Source: Utricularia gibba (Eukaryota > Plantae > Magnoliophyta). Taken from it: a DNA stretch of 64,000 bases. This document shows positions 1-13,210 of the stretch, piece after piece. Below the pieces are notes generated by a model. The model was not told the origin of the DNA. It did not search any database and saw nothing but the letters and a program-made list of their open reading frames with translations. The stretch is taken from NCBI GenBank assembly GCA_002189035.1, contig NEEC01000004.1, positions 3,596,001 through 3,660,000 of the forward strand, read 5' to 3'. Within the stretch, counting starts at the first letter, position 1. Each line of letters opens with the position of its first letter. Position numbers and translations under genes: made by a program.

Positions 1-974
1 ACTAGGACTAACTCAGGACTACAACGAAATACAGTAAAGAAAAGTAACAAGTTTGGATTCGATAGTTTCTGGAATGGAATGGGTGATACCTTGGAACTCT
101 TAAGGGATGTATGCATATCACTAAACAAGCTCACATAAATCAAAAATCATTCAACTAACTCACAAGATCTAGGTCTACCCAGATTCTTGTTTTTCCCCCT
201 AATCTTTGGTCTACCTCTAATTAGGGTTGTTAGTTGGGTTTCACTACTTCCCCCTCCTGGATCTATCCTGCTTTGTTAAGGAAGTAGTGTGACTTATGAT
301 TTATTAGGTCTAAGGATGGATTAGCATATTTCTCCTCTTCTCACCCCAAGGCATCCCCCTGTAAGTGCTTAGCTACTCATGGTAATGGAAAGTAAAACAT
401 CTTCATAGCAGATACTGAGCAATATCTTGGCTACAAATGCTAAACAACAACGAGCAATATGAAGCAAAAGTAGGACAAACACTTCGTTCACATAGGAAAT
501 CCAAATCTAGTCTTAGCTAGGAATAGTAAACATGAAGAACGAAAATAATTTTTCAAGAGAAGCTGTGTTCTTCTAGTTCGTCGTCCCCTCCTTCTTCTTC
601 TCTTAGAAAAATCTCCAGAAACTTCTCTTGAAATCTCCAAAGGGAGATCTCCTTCTCTCTCCAACTTTCCTCCATTTTTGTTCAAAATCTTCCTTTTTCA
701 CCTCCTTGGACTTTGTGTGTACTCTTCTTCAAACTTCTGTCACCTTTCCTGCCACCACACTATTCATACTCGGCTCCCTTGGATTTGTGTTGCGACCCAT
801 GCTGCACTACTCGAAAGGAACTGTTAGAATTGCGATTTAGTCCCAACTAAGACTAAAAGTGCACTCCTACAATACTTATGTGCAAAAATATAGAAACAGG
901 CAATTAAGCTTACTTTTTGTAGCATAAAATGAGTAAATTCCATGCATTGAGCCACTAAAAAATGTGTTATCACA
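1..974 (-). mobile_element. Element-1 family LTR copy A (truncated by window start)
   Basis: Matches 23048-24021 and ends ...GTTATCACA followed by the same ATGCT flank. Confidence 0.9.
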
Positions 975-2029
975 ATGCTATCGGGATTTTGTCATTTTCC
1001 ATTTCAACTACTTTTTCATTTTTCTTGGACACTTCTTTTATTGCTTCAGGTTGGTTTGGGCAATATTAAACATAATATGAGTTGATGCTGTGACACGGAT
1101 TATAATAATTAGAAAACAAATTAAGTTTATAAACAATCAAAATTTGACTTATCAAAAAAATAATAAACAACCAACGTTTAATTTTTTCAATGTTTGACAT
1201 TCATTTTTATTTTATAATTTTATGTAATTTTTACATTTAACTTCTTTATAGGTTAAAGTGAGCAATATATTTGAAAATATTTGATTAAGAGAATCAATAA
1301 TAATAATAAGTTAATTTTATAAACGAATTGTGTATGAAATTGTTTTTTATAATTTTTCTAAACACAAAGATATTTTACATATTTTTAAAGAGGGGTAGAC
1401 TTAAAACTTATTTGCCGAAATTTAAAAATATATATATTATCAATGAAGAATTAATATAAATAAGAATAAAGTGTAAAATTATCTTTTATTAATTGGAATT
1501 AAACTATCTATTCTAAATATGCATGCTATTTTAAATATATATTGGTAAATATATATATTTTCATTATATACTACCTATTATTTAAATACAAAAAATTAAA
1601 TATTTAAAATACTCTTTCAAACGCAAACTGTTTATTTTAAAAAAACTCAGGTAAAATAATCGAGTGTGCCTTAATTGCTGTCTGGAAATTTAAACAATTT
1701 TATGAATTAGAAAAAAAAAAAAACGGAGATGCTTCTTCTTCTTCTTTTTTTGTTTTGTTTTGTTTTAACATGGATTGTGCATGAGACGGCAGGGCACCCC
1801 GCAGATTTGGGGAATGCTGTTTGAACCGTTCGTCATTCCATTTTTCTCTCGACCGATGCTCTTCACTTCTTCTCTCGTTTCTCTGCAATGCATTCCTCAT
1901 TTCTTCTCCATCACCTCGACGCTGAACCTTGTTTCTACCACATTTTCACCTAGAACAAAACCCATTTCTCCAACGGAGTGGTTGCTCTGTTGATCGGGGG
2001 TGCCATCACTCTCGTCTGTGGCCGGCGAT

Positions 2030-3527
2030 ATGGCTTCCGTTAACAACCATGCAATGGACGGCGACCACCCAGATATCGAGAATGGCGCAGATGACTGGCC
2101 CATCGACCCGGATTTCTCCGATCCCTTCGACATTGCCAACACCAAGAAGGCGTCGCGAGAATCGCTCAAGCGTTGGAGGGTAAGATTTCGAGCATCCTGG
2201 TTTTTATTGCAGGAACTCGTGTTTTTCTACCACCCGAACTCCTCTCATGTTTTTATAACAGCAAGCTGCGCTTGTGCTCAATGCTACCCGCCGGTTTCGA
2301 TACACGTTAGATTTGAGAAAAGATGAAGAGCAAGATAAGAGGAGGCGTATGATTAGAGCGCATGCTCAAGTCATTCGGGTGATGAAGTCTAAATGCCATC
2401 AACTACCATTTCATTCCTTTTTAACTTCTTGATGTTAAACTTGCAATTCCATCGTAGGCTGCTTTGCTCTTCAAATTGGCTGGGCAGAGAGCGATAGGTG
2501 CTTCTGTATTCTCTATCTTCTGCTTTTGTGATAATTCGAAAATCATCATCTTTAAATAGGGTTTCATTCAGTTCTAGGTACTTCAGTTTCTCCTCCCTCT
2601 CCAAGTGGGGAGTATGGCATTGCACTTGAGCAGCTTGCTTCAATGAATAAGGACCAGAATGTTTCTGCACTGGAGCAGTATGGAGGGGCAAGATGACTGC
2701 ATCCTTTATACCACTTTCATGTTTTTCTTGCAATGCGTGTACCCCACAAACTAATATCAACACAACTTCAGGTTAAAGGTCTATCAGAGATGCTGAAGAC
2801 AAACTCTGAGACAGGGATTGATGGAGATGATGTATTGGAAAGAAGGAAGGCCTATGGGTCAAATACGTATCCTGTGAAAAAAGGAAGAAGTTTCTTGGTA
2901 ATGATTCATTTGTATTCTATGGCAATAAGTCTTTTGTCTCTTCTATTGTATTTTGGAGCTTTTGTTCACATCTTTTTTTTTTGAACATTCCGTTTCTGCT
3001 CCTTACCCAGTTATTTTTGTGCAGATGTTCCTATGGGACGCTTGGCAAGATTTGACTCTCATTATCTTAATCTTTGCTGCTGTAATATCATTGGTTCTTG
3101 GAATAAAAACTGAGGTTATTTTGCCTTCTCGGAGATTCGACACACTGTTGTCTAGATCATGATGAACCTGAGCTGCAGTCATGCCTAATTTGAGTAATTT
3201 CTGTTGCGTTTATAGGGCATCCAACAAGGATGGTATGATGGGGGAAGCATTGCCTTTGCAGTTTTTCTGGTTATTTTTGTCACAGGTGATTCCAATTTAT
3301 TCTCCATCAAAGTTGCAAACATTCTGTTCTCCAATTTATATTTTCTTTTGACACCGAGGAAGTATTAACTATGAACTGTAATTTTTTAAAAGTGAGGCTC
3401 TTTTCTCAAATTTTTTCAGCCTAATGATTTTTCTGATTGGTGTGTTTGATTCATAAGTGATTTATTTGATTCTATTTTGATTGCATTCATTAATTTAAAA
3501 TTGATCTGTTAGTGATGATGCACATTC
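2030..3527 (+). pseudogene. ACA9: Truncated ACA9-like Ca2+-ATPase copy 1 (exons 1-7 and part of intron 7)
   Basis: [12 protein letters not shown]...[46 protein letters not shown]. Matches 25081-26577 and is cut off in intron 7. Confidence 0.9.
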
Positions 3528-3529
3528 AT

Positions 3530-4276
3530 AAAAATCCACCTGTTGCAGAGTCCACCAAGGCCCTATCTATGTATAGAAGACCATCATAAAAAATACTTGA
3601 TCAATGCATTGGTCTGAAATCCATGGTGTGGACAGGAGCCTAGCAGGTTTTTAAAGCGTTCCCAATATTCATGTAGAGATTCTCCACTGTTTGCTCAATG
3701 TCACTGATCTCCTTCCTTATTCCTCCAGCTTTTGAAGCAGGGAATTATTTGCTGAGAAATACATTCTTCATCCCACTCCAATCTGTGATACTTCCCGGCT
3801 TCAAAGAGTTAAACCATGTTTTTGCACTCCCTTCCAGTGTAAATTGGAATGCCCTCAAACAGATGGCATCCTCAGTCATACCAGCACTCTTAAAAGAGGT
3901 GCAAACAGCAGTCACGTTGTCAAGATGTTCATGGGTTCTCACCCACTTTTCCATAATACTTGGGCAGAAAATTAATCATAGCTGGCTTCAATTCGTTGGC
4001 TGTGTCATCAGAGAACCTAATACACAGCCCTCTGTACGTATGGTCAGCTGCATCAAGCTCATTCAGGGTCTTCTCCTATTCTGCCATATTGAAATTAGTT
4101 TGAGCAACAGCAGCGAGTCTGCTCAACCTTGCTGCTTCTCTCACTCTTGTGCGGTTCTTGCTGATAGTTCTCTCGATTTCTGGATGGAAAACAAGATCAC
4201 CTACACTAGAAGAACGCAAATGCATCAACCGAATCACAAAACAATTAAACACCGCTCCCCGGAAACGGCGCCAATT
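3530..4276 (-). mobile_element. Athila gag 5' fragment, leader and tRNA-Asp PBS (copy 1; PBS 4256-4273)
   Basis: Matches 22114-22860. Encodes MHLRSSSVGDLVFHPEIERT and LRAFQFTLEGSAKTWFNSL (retrotransposon gag motif). Confidence 0.9.
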
Positions 4277-5437
4277 TGATAAACGAAAAATTGTACAAGT
4301 CGTTAATTGCAAATTTTCCTATCAAATAAATTTATAACCTAACCCACATTCAAGTATAAAACAATTATGAGCATAGTGATTAGGGTCGAACACGAAGAGC
4401 AGGTGCTTGTCAAGTGATTAGCCAAAGCATGAAATCAGTGTCATGTTGGTAAAATTGGTCTTAACTAGGACTAACTCAGGACTACAACGAAATACAGTAA
4501 AGAAAAGTAACAAGTTTGGATTCGATAGTTTCTGGAATGGAATGGGTGATACCTTGGAACTCTTAAGGGATGTATGCATATCACTAAACAAGCTCACATA
4601 AATCAAAAATCATTCAACTAACTCACAAGATCTAGGTCTACCCAGATTCTTGTTTTTCCCCCTAATCTTTGGTCTACCTCTAATTAGGGTTGTTAGTTGG
4701 GTTTCACTACTTCCCCCTCCTGGATCTATCCTGCTTTGTTAAGGAAGTAGTGTGACTTATGATTTATTAGGTCTAAGGATGGATTAGCATATTTCTCCTC
4801 TTCTCACCCCAAGGCATCCCCCTGTAAGTGCTTAGCTACTCATGGTAATGGAAAGTAAAACATCTTCATAGCAGATACTGAGCAATATCTTGGCTACAAA
4901 TGCTAAACAACAACGAGCAATATGAAGCAAAAGTAGGACAAACACTTCGTTCACATAGGAAATCCAAATCTAGTCTTAGCTAGGAATAGTAAACATGAAG
5001 AACGAAAATAATTTTTCAAGAGAAGCTGTGTTCTTCTAGTTCGTCGTCCCCTCCTTCTTCTTCTCTTAGAAAAATCTCCAGAAACTTCTCTTGAAATCTC
5101 CAAAGGGAGATCTCCTTCTCTCTCCAACTTTCCTCCATTTTTGTTCAAAATCTTCCTTTTTCACCTCCTTGGACTTTGTGTGTACTCTTCTTCAAACTTC
5201 TGTCACCTTTCCTGCCACCACACTATTCATACTCGGCTCCCTTGGATTTGTGTTGCGACCCATGCTGCACTACTCGAAAGGAACTGTTAGAATTGCGATT
5301 TAGTCCCAACTAAGACTAAAAGTGCACTCCTACAATACTTATGTGCAAAAATATAGAAACAGGCAATTAAGCTTACTTTTTGTAGCATAAAATGAGTAAA
5401 TTCCATGCATTGAGCCACTAAAAAATGTGTTATCACA
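4277..5437 (-). mobile_element. Element-1 family LTR copy B (1161 bp)
   Basis: TG...CA termini, adjacent to the PBS, matches 22861-24021. Confidence 0.92.
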
Positions 5438-6496
5438 ATGCTATCGGGATTTTGTCATTTTCCATTTCAACTACTTTTTCATTTTTCTTGGACACTTCTT
5501 TTTATTGCTTCAGGTTGGTTTGGGCAATATTAAACATAATATGAGTTGATGCTGTGACACGGATTATAATAATTAGAAAACAAATTAAGTTTATAAACAA
5601 TCAAAATTTGACTTATCAAAAAATAATAAACAACCAACGTTTAATTTTTTCAATGTTTGACATTCATTTTTATTTTTATAATTTTATGTAATTTTTACAT
5701 TTAACTTCTTTATAGGTTAAAGTGAGCAATATATTTGAAAATATTTGATTAAGAGAATCAATAATAATAATAAGTTAATTTTATAAACGAATTGTGTATG
5801 AAATTGTTTTTTATAATTTTTTCTAAACACAAAGATATTTTACATATTTTTAAAGAGGGGTAGACTTAAAACTTATTTGCCGAAATTTAAAAATATATAT
5901 ATTATCAATGAAGAATTAATATAAATAAGAATAAAGTGTAAAATTATCTTTTTATTAATTGGAATTAAACTATCTATTCTAAATATGCATGCTATTTTAA
6001 ATATATATTGGTAAATATATATATTTTCATTATATACTACCTATTATTTAAATACAAAAAATTAAATATTTAAAATACTCTTTCAAACGCAAACTGTTTA
6101 TTTTAAAAAAACTCAGGTAAAATAATCGAGTGTGCCTTAATTGCTGTCTGGAAATTTAAACAATTTTATGAATTAGAAAAAAAAAAAAACGGAGATGCTT
6201 CTTCTTCTTCTTTTTTTGTTTTGTTTTGTTTTAACATGGATTGTGCATGAGACGGCAGGGGCACCCCGCAGATTTGGGGAATGCTGTTTGAACCGTTCGT
6301 CATTCCATTTTTCTCTCGACCGATGCTCTTCACTTCTTCTCTCGTTTCTCTGCAATGCATTCCTCATTTCTTCTCCATCACCTCGACGCTGAACCTTGTT
6401 TCTACCACATTTTCACCTAGAACAAAACCCATTTCTCCAACGGAGTGGTTGCTCTGTTGATCGGGGGTGCCATCACTCTCGTCTGTGGCCGGCGAT

Positions 6497-7994
6497 ATGG
6501 CTTCCGTTAACAACCATGCAATGGACGGCGACCACCCAGATATCGAGAATGGCGCAGATGACTGGCCCATCGACCCGGATTTCTCCGATCCCTTCGACAT
6601 TGCCAACACCAAGAAGGCGTCGCGAGAATCGCTCAAGCGTTGGAGGGTAAGATTTCGAGCATCCTGGTTTTTATTGCAGGAACTCGTGTTTTTCTACCAC
6701 CCGAACTCCTCTCATGTTTTTATAACAGCAAGCTGCGCTTGTGCTCAATGCTACCCGCCGGTTTCGATACACGTTAGATTTGAGAAAAGATGAAGAGCAA
6801 GATAAGAGGAGGCGTATGATTAGAGCGCATGCTCAAGTCATTCGGGTGATGAAGTCTAAATGCCATCAACTACCATTTCATTCCTTTTTAACTTCTTGAT
6901 GTTAAACTTGCAATTCCATCGTAGGCTGCTTTGCTCTTCAAATTGGCTGGGCAGAGAGCGATAGGTGCTTCTGTATTCTCTATCTTCTGCTTTTGTGATA
7001 ATTCGAAAATCATCATCTTTAAATAGGGTTTCATTCAGTTCTAGGTACTTCAGTTTCTCCTCCCTCTCCAAGTGGGGAGTATGGCATTGCACTTGAGCAG
7101 CTTGCTTCAATGAATAAGGACCAGAATGTTTCTGCACTGGAGCAGTATGGAGGGGCAAGATGACTGCATCCTTTATACCACTTTCATGTTTTTCTTGCAA
7201 TGCGTGTACCCCACAAACTAATATCAACACAACTTCAGGTTAAAGGTCTATCAGAGATGCTGAAGACAAACTCTGAGACAGGGATTGATGGAGATGATGT
7301 ATTGGAAAGAAGGAAGGCCTATGGGTCAAATACGTATCCTGTGAAAAAAGGAAGAAGTTTCTTGGTAATGATTCATTTGTATTCTATGGCAATAAGTCTT
7401 TTGTCTCTTCTATTGTATTTTGGAGCTTTTGTTCACATCTTTTTTTTTTGAACATTCCGTTTCTGCTCCTTACCCAGTTATTTTTGTGCAGATGTTCCTA
7501 TGGGACGCTTGGCAAGATTTGACTCTCATTATCTTAATCTTTGCTGCTGTAATATCATTGGTTCTTGGAATAAAAACTGAGGTTATTTTGCCTTCTCGGA
7601 GATTCGACACACTGTTGTCTAGATCATGATGAACCTGAGCTGCAGTCATGCCTAATTTGAGTAATTTCTGTTGCGTTTATAGGGCATCCAACAAGGATGG
7701 TATGATGGGGGAAGCATTGCCTTTGCAGTTTTTCTGGTTATTTTTGTCACAGGTGATTCCAATTTATTCTCCATCAAAGTTGCAAACATTCTGTTCTCCA
7801 ATTTATATTTTCTTTTGACACCGAGGAAGTATTAACTATGAACTGTAATTTTTTAAAAGTGAGGCTCTTTTCTCAAATTTTTTCAGCCTAATGATTTTTC
7901 TGATTGGTGTGTTTGATTCATAAGTGATTTATTTGATTCTATTTTGATTGCATTCATTAATTTAAAATTGATCTGTTAGTGATGATGCACATTC
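6497..7994 (+). pseudogene. ACA9: Truncated ACA9-like copy 2 (exons 1-7)
   Basis: Same sequence as copy 1 shifted by 4467. Exon 7 ends at 7752. Confidence 0.9.
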
Positions 7995-7996
7995 AT

Positions 7997-8743
7997 AAAA
8001 ATCCACCTGTTGCAGAGTCCACCAAGGCCCTATCTATGTATAGAAGACCATCATAAAAATACTTGATCAATGCATTGGTCTGAAATCCATGGTGTGGACA
8101 GGAGCCTAGCAGGTTTTTAAAGCGTTCCCAATATTCATGTAGAGATTCTCCACTTGTTTGCTCAATGTCACTGATCTCCTTCCTTATTCCTCCAGCTTTT
8201 GAAGCAGGGAATTATTTGCTGAGAAATACATTCTTCATCCCACTCCAATCTGTGATACTTCCCGGCTTCAAAGAGTTAAACCATGTTTTTGCACTCCCTT
8301 CCAGTGTAAATTGGAATGCCCTCAAACAGATGGCATCCTCAGTCATACCAGCACTCTTAAAAGAGGTGCAAACAGCAGTCACGTTGTCAAGATGTTCATG
8401 GGTTCTCACCCACTTTTCCATAATACTTGGGCAGAAAATTAATCATAGCTGGCTTCAATTCGTTGGCTGTGTCATCAGAGAACCTAATACACAGCCCTCT
8501 GTACGTATGGTCAGCTGCATCAAGCTCATTCAGGGTCTTCTCCTATTCTGCCATATTGAAATTAGTTTGAGCAACAGCAGCGAGTCTGCTCAACCTTGCT
8601 GCTTCTCTCACTCTTGTGCGGTTCTTGCTGATAGTTCTCTCGATTTCTGGATGGAAAACAAGATCACCTACACTAGAAGAACGCAAATGCATCAACCGAA
8701 TCACAAAACAATTAAACACCGCTCCCCGGAAACGGCGCCAATT
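7997..8743 (-). mobile_element. Athila gag 5' fragment and PBS (copy 2; PBS 8723-8740)
   Basis: Matches 22114-22860. Confidence 0.9.
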
Positions 8744-9904
8744 TGATAAACGAAAAATTGTACAAGTCGTTAATTGCAAATTTTCCTATCAAATAAATTT
8801 ATAACCTAACCCACATTCAAGTATAAAACAATTATGAGCATAGTGATTAGGGTCGAACACGAAGAGCAGGTGCTTGTCAAGTGATTAGCCAAAGCATGAA
8901 ATCAGTGTCATGTTGGTAAAATTGGTCTTAACTAGGACTAACTCAGGACTACAACGAAATACAGTAAAGAAAAGTAACAAGTTTGGATTCGATAGTTTCT
9001 GGAATGGAATGGGTGATACCTTGGAACTCTTAAGGGATGTATGCATATCACTAAACAAGCTCACATAAATCAAAAATCATTCAACTAACTCACAAGATCT
9101 AGGTCTACCCAGATTCTTGTTTTTCCCCCTAATCTTTGGTCTACCTCTAATTAGGGTTGTTAGTTGGGTTTCACTACTTCCCCCTCCTGGATCTATCCTG
9201 CTTTGTTAAGGAAGTAGTGTGACTTATGATTTATTAGGTCTAAGGATGGATTAGCATATTTCTCCTCTTCTCACCCCAAGGCATCCCCCTGTAAGTGCTT
9301 AGCTACTCATGGTAATGGAAAGTAAAACATCTTCATAGCAGATACTGAGCAATATCTTGGCTACAAATGCTAAACAACAACGAGCAATATGAAGCAAAAG
9401 TAGGACAAACACTTCGTTCACATAGGAAATCCAAATCTAGTCTTAGCTAGGAATAGTAAACATGAAGAACGAAAATAATTTTTCAAGAGAAGCTGTGTTC
9501 TTCTAGTTCGTCGTCCCCTCCTTCTTCTTCTCTTAGAAAAATCTCCAGAAACTTCTCTTGAAATCTCCAAAGGGAGATCTCCTTCTCTCTCCAACTTTCC
9601 TCCATTTTTGTTCAAAATCTTCCTTTTTCACCTCCTTGGACTTTGTGTGTACTCTTCTTCAAACTTCTGTCACCTTTCCTGCCACCACACTATTCATACT
9701 CGGCTCCCTTGGATTTGTGTTGCGACCCATGCTGCACTACTCGAAAGGAACTGTTAGAATTGCGATTTAGTCCCAACTAAGACTAAAAGTGCACTCCTAC
9801 AATACTTATGTGCAAAAATATAGAAACAGGCAATTAAGCTTACTTTTTGTAGCATAAAATGAGTAAATTCCATGCATTGAGCCACTAAAAAATGTGTTAT
9901 CACA
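8744..9904 (-). mobile_element. Element-1 family LTR copy C (1161 bp)
   Basis: Matches LTR B and LTR E. Confidence 0.92.
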
Positions 9905-10963
9905 ATGCTATCGGGATTTTGTCATTTTCCATTTCAACTACTTTTTCATTTTTCTTGGACACTTCTTTTTATTGCTTCAGGTTGGTTTGGGCAATATTAA
10001 ACATAATATGAGTTGATGCTGTGACACGGATTATAATAATTAGAAAACAAATTAAGTTTATAAACAATCAAAATTTGACTTATCAAAAAATAATAAACAA
10101 CCAACGTTTAATTTTTTCAATGTTTGACATTCATTTTTATTTTTATAATTTTATGTAATTTTTACATTTAACTTCTTTATAGGTTAAAGTGAGCAATATA
10201 TTTGAAAATATTTGATTAAGAGAATCAATAATAATAATAAGTTAATTTTATAAACGAATTGTGTATGAAATTGTTTTTTATAATTTTTTCTAAACACAAA
10301 GATATTTTACATATTTTTAAAGAGGGGTAGACTTAAAACTTATTTGCCGAAATTTAAAAATATATATATTATCAATGAAGAATTAATATAAATAAGAATA
10401 AAGTGTAAAATTATCTTTTTATTAATTGGAATTAAACTATCTATTCTAAATATGCATGCTATTTTAAATATATATTGGTAAATATATATATTTTCATTAT
10501 ATACTACCTATTATTTAAATACAAAAAATTAAATATTTAAAATACTCTTTCAAACGCAAACTGTTTATTTTAAAAAAACTCAGGTAAAATAATCGAGTGT
10601 GCCTTAATTGCTGTCTGGAAATTTAAACAATTTTATGAATTAGAAAAAAAAAAAAACGGAGATGCTTCTTCTTCTTCTTTTTTTGTTTTGTTTTGTTTTA
10701 ACATGGATTGTGCATGAGACGGCAGGGGCACCCCGCAGATTTGGGGAATGCTGTTTGAACCGTTCGTCATTCCATTTTTCTCTCGACCGATGCTCTTCAC
10801 TTCTTCTCTCGTTTCTCTGCAATGCATTCCTCATTTCTTCTCCATCACCTCGACGCTGAACCTTGTTTCTACCACATTTTCACCTAGAACAAAACCCATT
10901 TCTCCAACGGAGTGGTTGCTCTGTTGATCGGGGGTGCCATCACTCTCGTCTGTGGCCGGCGAT

Positions 10964-12461
10964 ATGGCTTCCGTTAACAACCATGCAATGGACGGCGACC
11001 ACCCAGATATCGAGAATGGCGCAGATGACTGGCCCATCGACCCGGATTTCTCCGATCCCTTCGACATTGCCAACACCAAGAAGGCGTCGCGAGAATCGCT
11101 CAAGCGTTGGAGGGTAAGATTTCGAGCATCCTGGTTTTTATTGCAGGAACTCGTGTTTTTCTACCACCCGAACTCCTCTCATGTTTTTATAACAGCAAGC
11201 TGCGCTTGTGCTCAATGCTACCCGCCGGTTTCGATACACGTTAGATTTGAGAAAAGATGAAGAGCAAGATAAGAGGAGGCGTATGATTAGAGCGCATGCT
11301 CAAGTCATTCGGGTGATGAAGTCTAAATGCCATCAACTACCATTTCATTCCTTTTTAACTTCTTGATGTTAAACTTGCAATTCCATCGTAGGCTGCTTTG
11401 CTCTTCAAATTGGCTGGGCAGAGAGCGATAGGTGCTTCTGTATTCTCTATCTTCTGCTTTTGTGATAATTCGAAAATCATCATCTTTAAATAGGGTTTCA
11501 TTCAGTTCTAGGTACTTCAGTTTCTCCTCCCTCTCCAAGTGGGGAGTATGGCATTGCACTTGAGCAGCTTGCTTCAATGAATAAGGACCAGAATGTTTCT
11601 GCACTGGAGCAGTATGGAGGGGCAAGATGACTGCATCCTTTATACCACTTTCATGTTTTTCTTGCAATGCGTGTACCCCACAAACTAATATCAACACAAC
11701 TTCAGGTTAAAGGTCTATCAGAGATGCTGAAGACAAACTCTGAGACAGGGATTGATGGAGATGATGTATTGGAAAGAAGGAAGGCCTATGGGTCAAATAC
11801 GTATCCTGTGAAAAAAGGAAGAAGTTTCTTGGTAATGATTCATTTGTATTCTATGGCAATAAGTCTTTTGTCTCTTCTATTGTATTTTGGAGCTTTTGTT
11901 CACATCTTTTTTTTTTGAACATTCCGTTTCTGCTCCTTACCCAGTTATTTTTGTGCAGATGTTCCTATGGGACGCTTGGCAAGATTTGACTCTCATTATC
12001 TTAATCTTTGCTGCTGTAATATCATTGGTTCTTGGAATAAAAACTGAGGTTATTTTGCCTTCTCGGAGATTCGACACACTGTTGTCTAGATCATGATGAA
12101 CCTGAGCTGCAGTCATGCCTAATTTGAGTAATTTCTGTTGCGTTTATAGGGCATCCAACAAGGATGGTATGATGGGGGAAGCATTGCCTTTGCAGTTTTT
12201 CTGGTTATTTTTGTCACAGGTGATTCCAATTTATTCTCCATCAAAGTTGCAAACATTCTGTTCTCCAATTTATATTTTCTTTTGACACCGAGGAAGTATT
12301 AACTATGAACTGTAATTTTTTAAAAGTGAGGCTCTTTTCTCAAATTTTTTCAGCCTAATGATTTTTCTGATTGGTGTGTTTGATTCATAAGTGATTTATT
12401 TGATTCTATTTTGATTGCATTCATTAATTTAAAATTGATCTGTTAGTGATGATGCACATTC
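10964..12461 (+). pseudogene. ACA9: Truncated ACA9-like copy 3 (exons 1-7)
   Basis: Same sequence as copy 2 shifted by 4467. Exon 7 ends at 12219. Confidence 0.9.
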
Positions 12462-12463
12462 AT

Positions 12464-13210
12464 AAAAATCCACCTGTTGCAGAGTCCACCAAGGCCCTAT
12501 CTATGTATAGAAGACCATCATAAAAATACTTGATCAATGCATTGGTCTGAAATCCATGGTGTGGACAGGAGCCTAGCAGGTTTTTAAAGCGTTCCCAATA
12601 TTCATGTAGAGATTCTCCACTTGTTTGCTCAATGTCACTGATCTCCTTCCTTATTCCTCCAGCTTTTGAAGCAGGGAATTATTTGCTGAGAAATACATTC
12701 TTCATCCCACTCCAATCTGTGATACTTCCCGGCTTCAAAGAGTTAAACCATGTTTTTGCACTCCCTTCCAGTGTAAATTGGAATGCCCTCAAACAGATGG
12801 CATCCTCAGTCATACCAGCACTCTTAAAAGAGGTGCAAACAGCAGTCACGTTGTCAAGATGTTCATGGGTTCTCACCCACTTTTCCATAATACTTGGGCA
12901 GAAAATTAATCATAGCTGGCTTCAATTCGTTGGCTGTGTCATCAGAGAACCTAATACACAGCCCTCTGTACGTATGGTCAGCTGCATCAAGCTCATTCAG
13001 GGTCTTCTCCTATTCTGCCATATTGAAATTAGTTTGAGCAACAGCAGCGAGTCTGCTCAACCTTGCTGCTTCTCTCACTCTTGTGCGGTTCTTGCTGATA
13101 GTTCTCTCGATTTCTGGATGGAAAACAAGATCACCTACACTAGAAGAACGCAAATGCATCAACCGAATCACAAAACAATTAAACACCGCTCCCCGGAAAC
13201 GGCGCCAATT
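12464..13210 (-). mobile_element. Athila gag 5' fragment and PBS (copy 3; PBS 13190-13207)
   Basis: Matches 22114-22860. Confidence 0.9.

Larger units (their letters stand above)
1..13210. repeat. Head-to-tail tandem array of a 4467-bp chimeric unit (LTR + ACA9-like promoter/exons 1-7 + antisense gag 5' fragment + PBS); about 3 units in window, extends past the left edge
   Basis: Identical ORF sets recur at about 4467-bp offsets (2000/6467/10934; 3698/8165/12632). The same junction recurs at 3527-3530, 7994-7997 and 12461-12464. The only differences seen between units are 1-nt homopolymer indels. Confidence 0.95.

Noticed and set aside
488-840. 65-70 aa ORFs repeated in every element-1 LTR, and similar short ORFs in element-2 LTRs
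   Set aside because: They lie inside LTRs, resemble no known protein and recur only because the LTR recurs.
3698-4279. 193-aa plus-strand ORF repeated four times
   Set aside because: It is the antisense shadow of gag and has no independent coding evidence.
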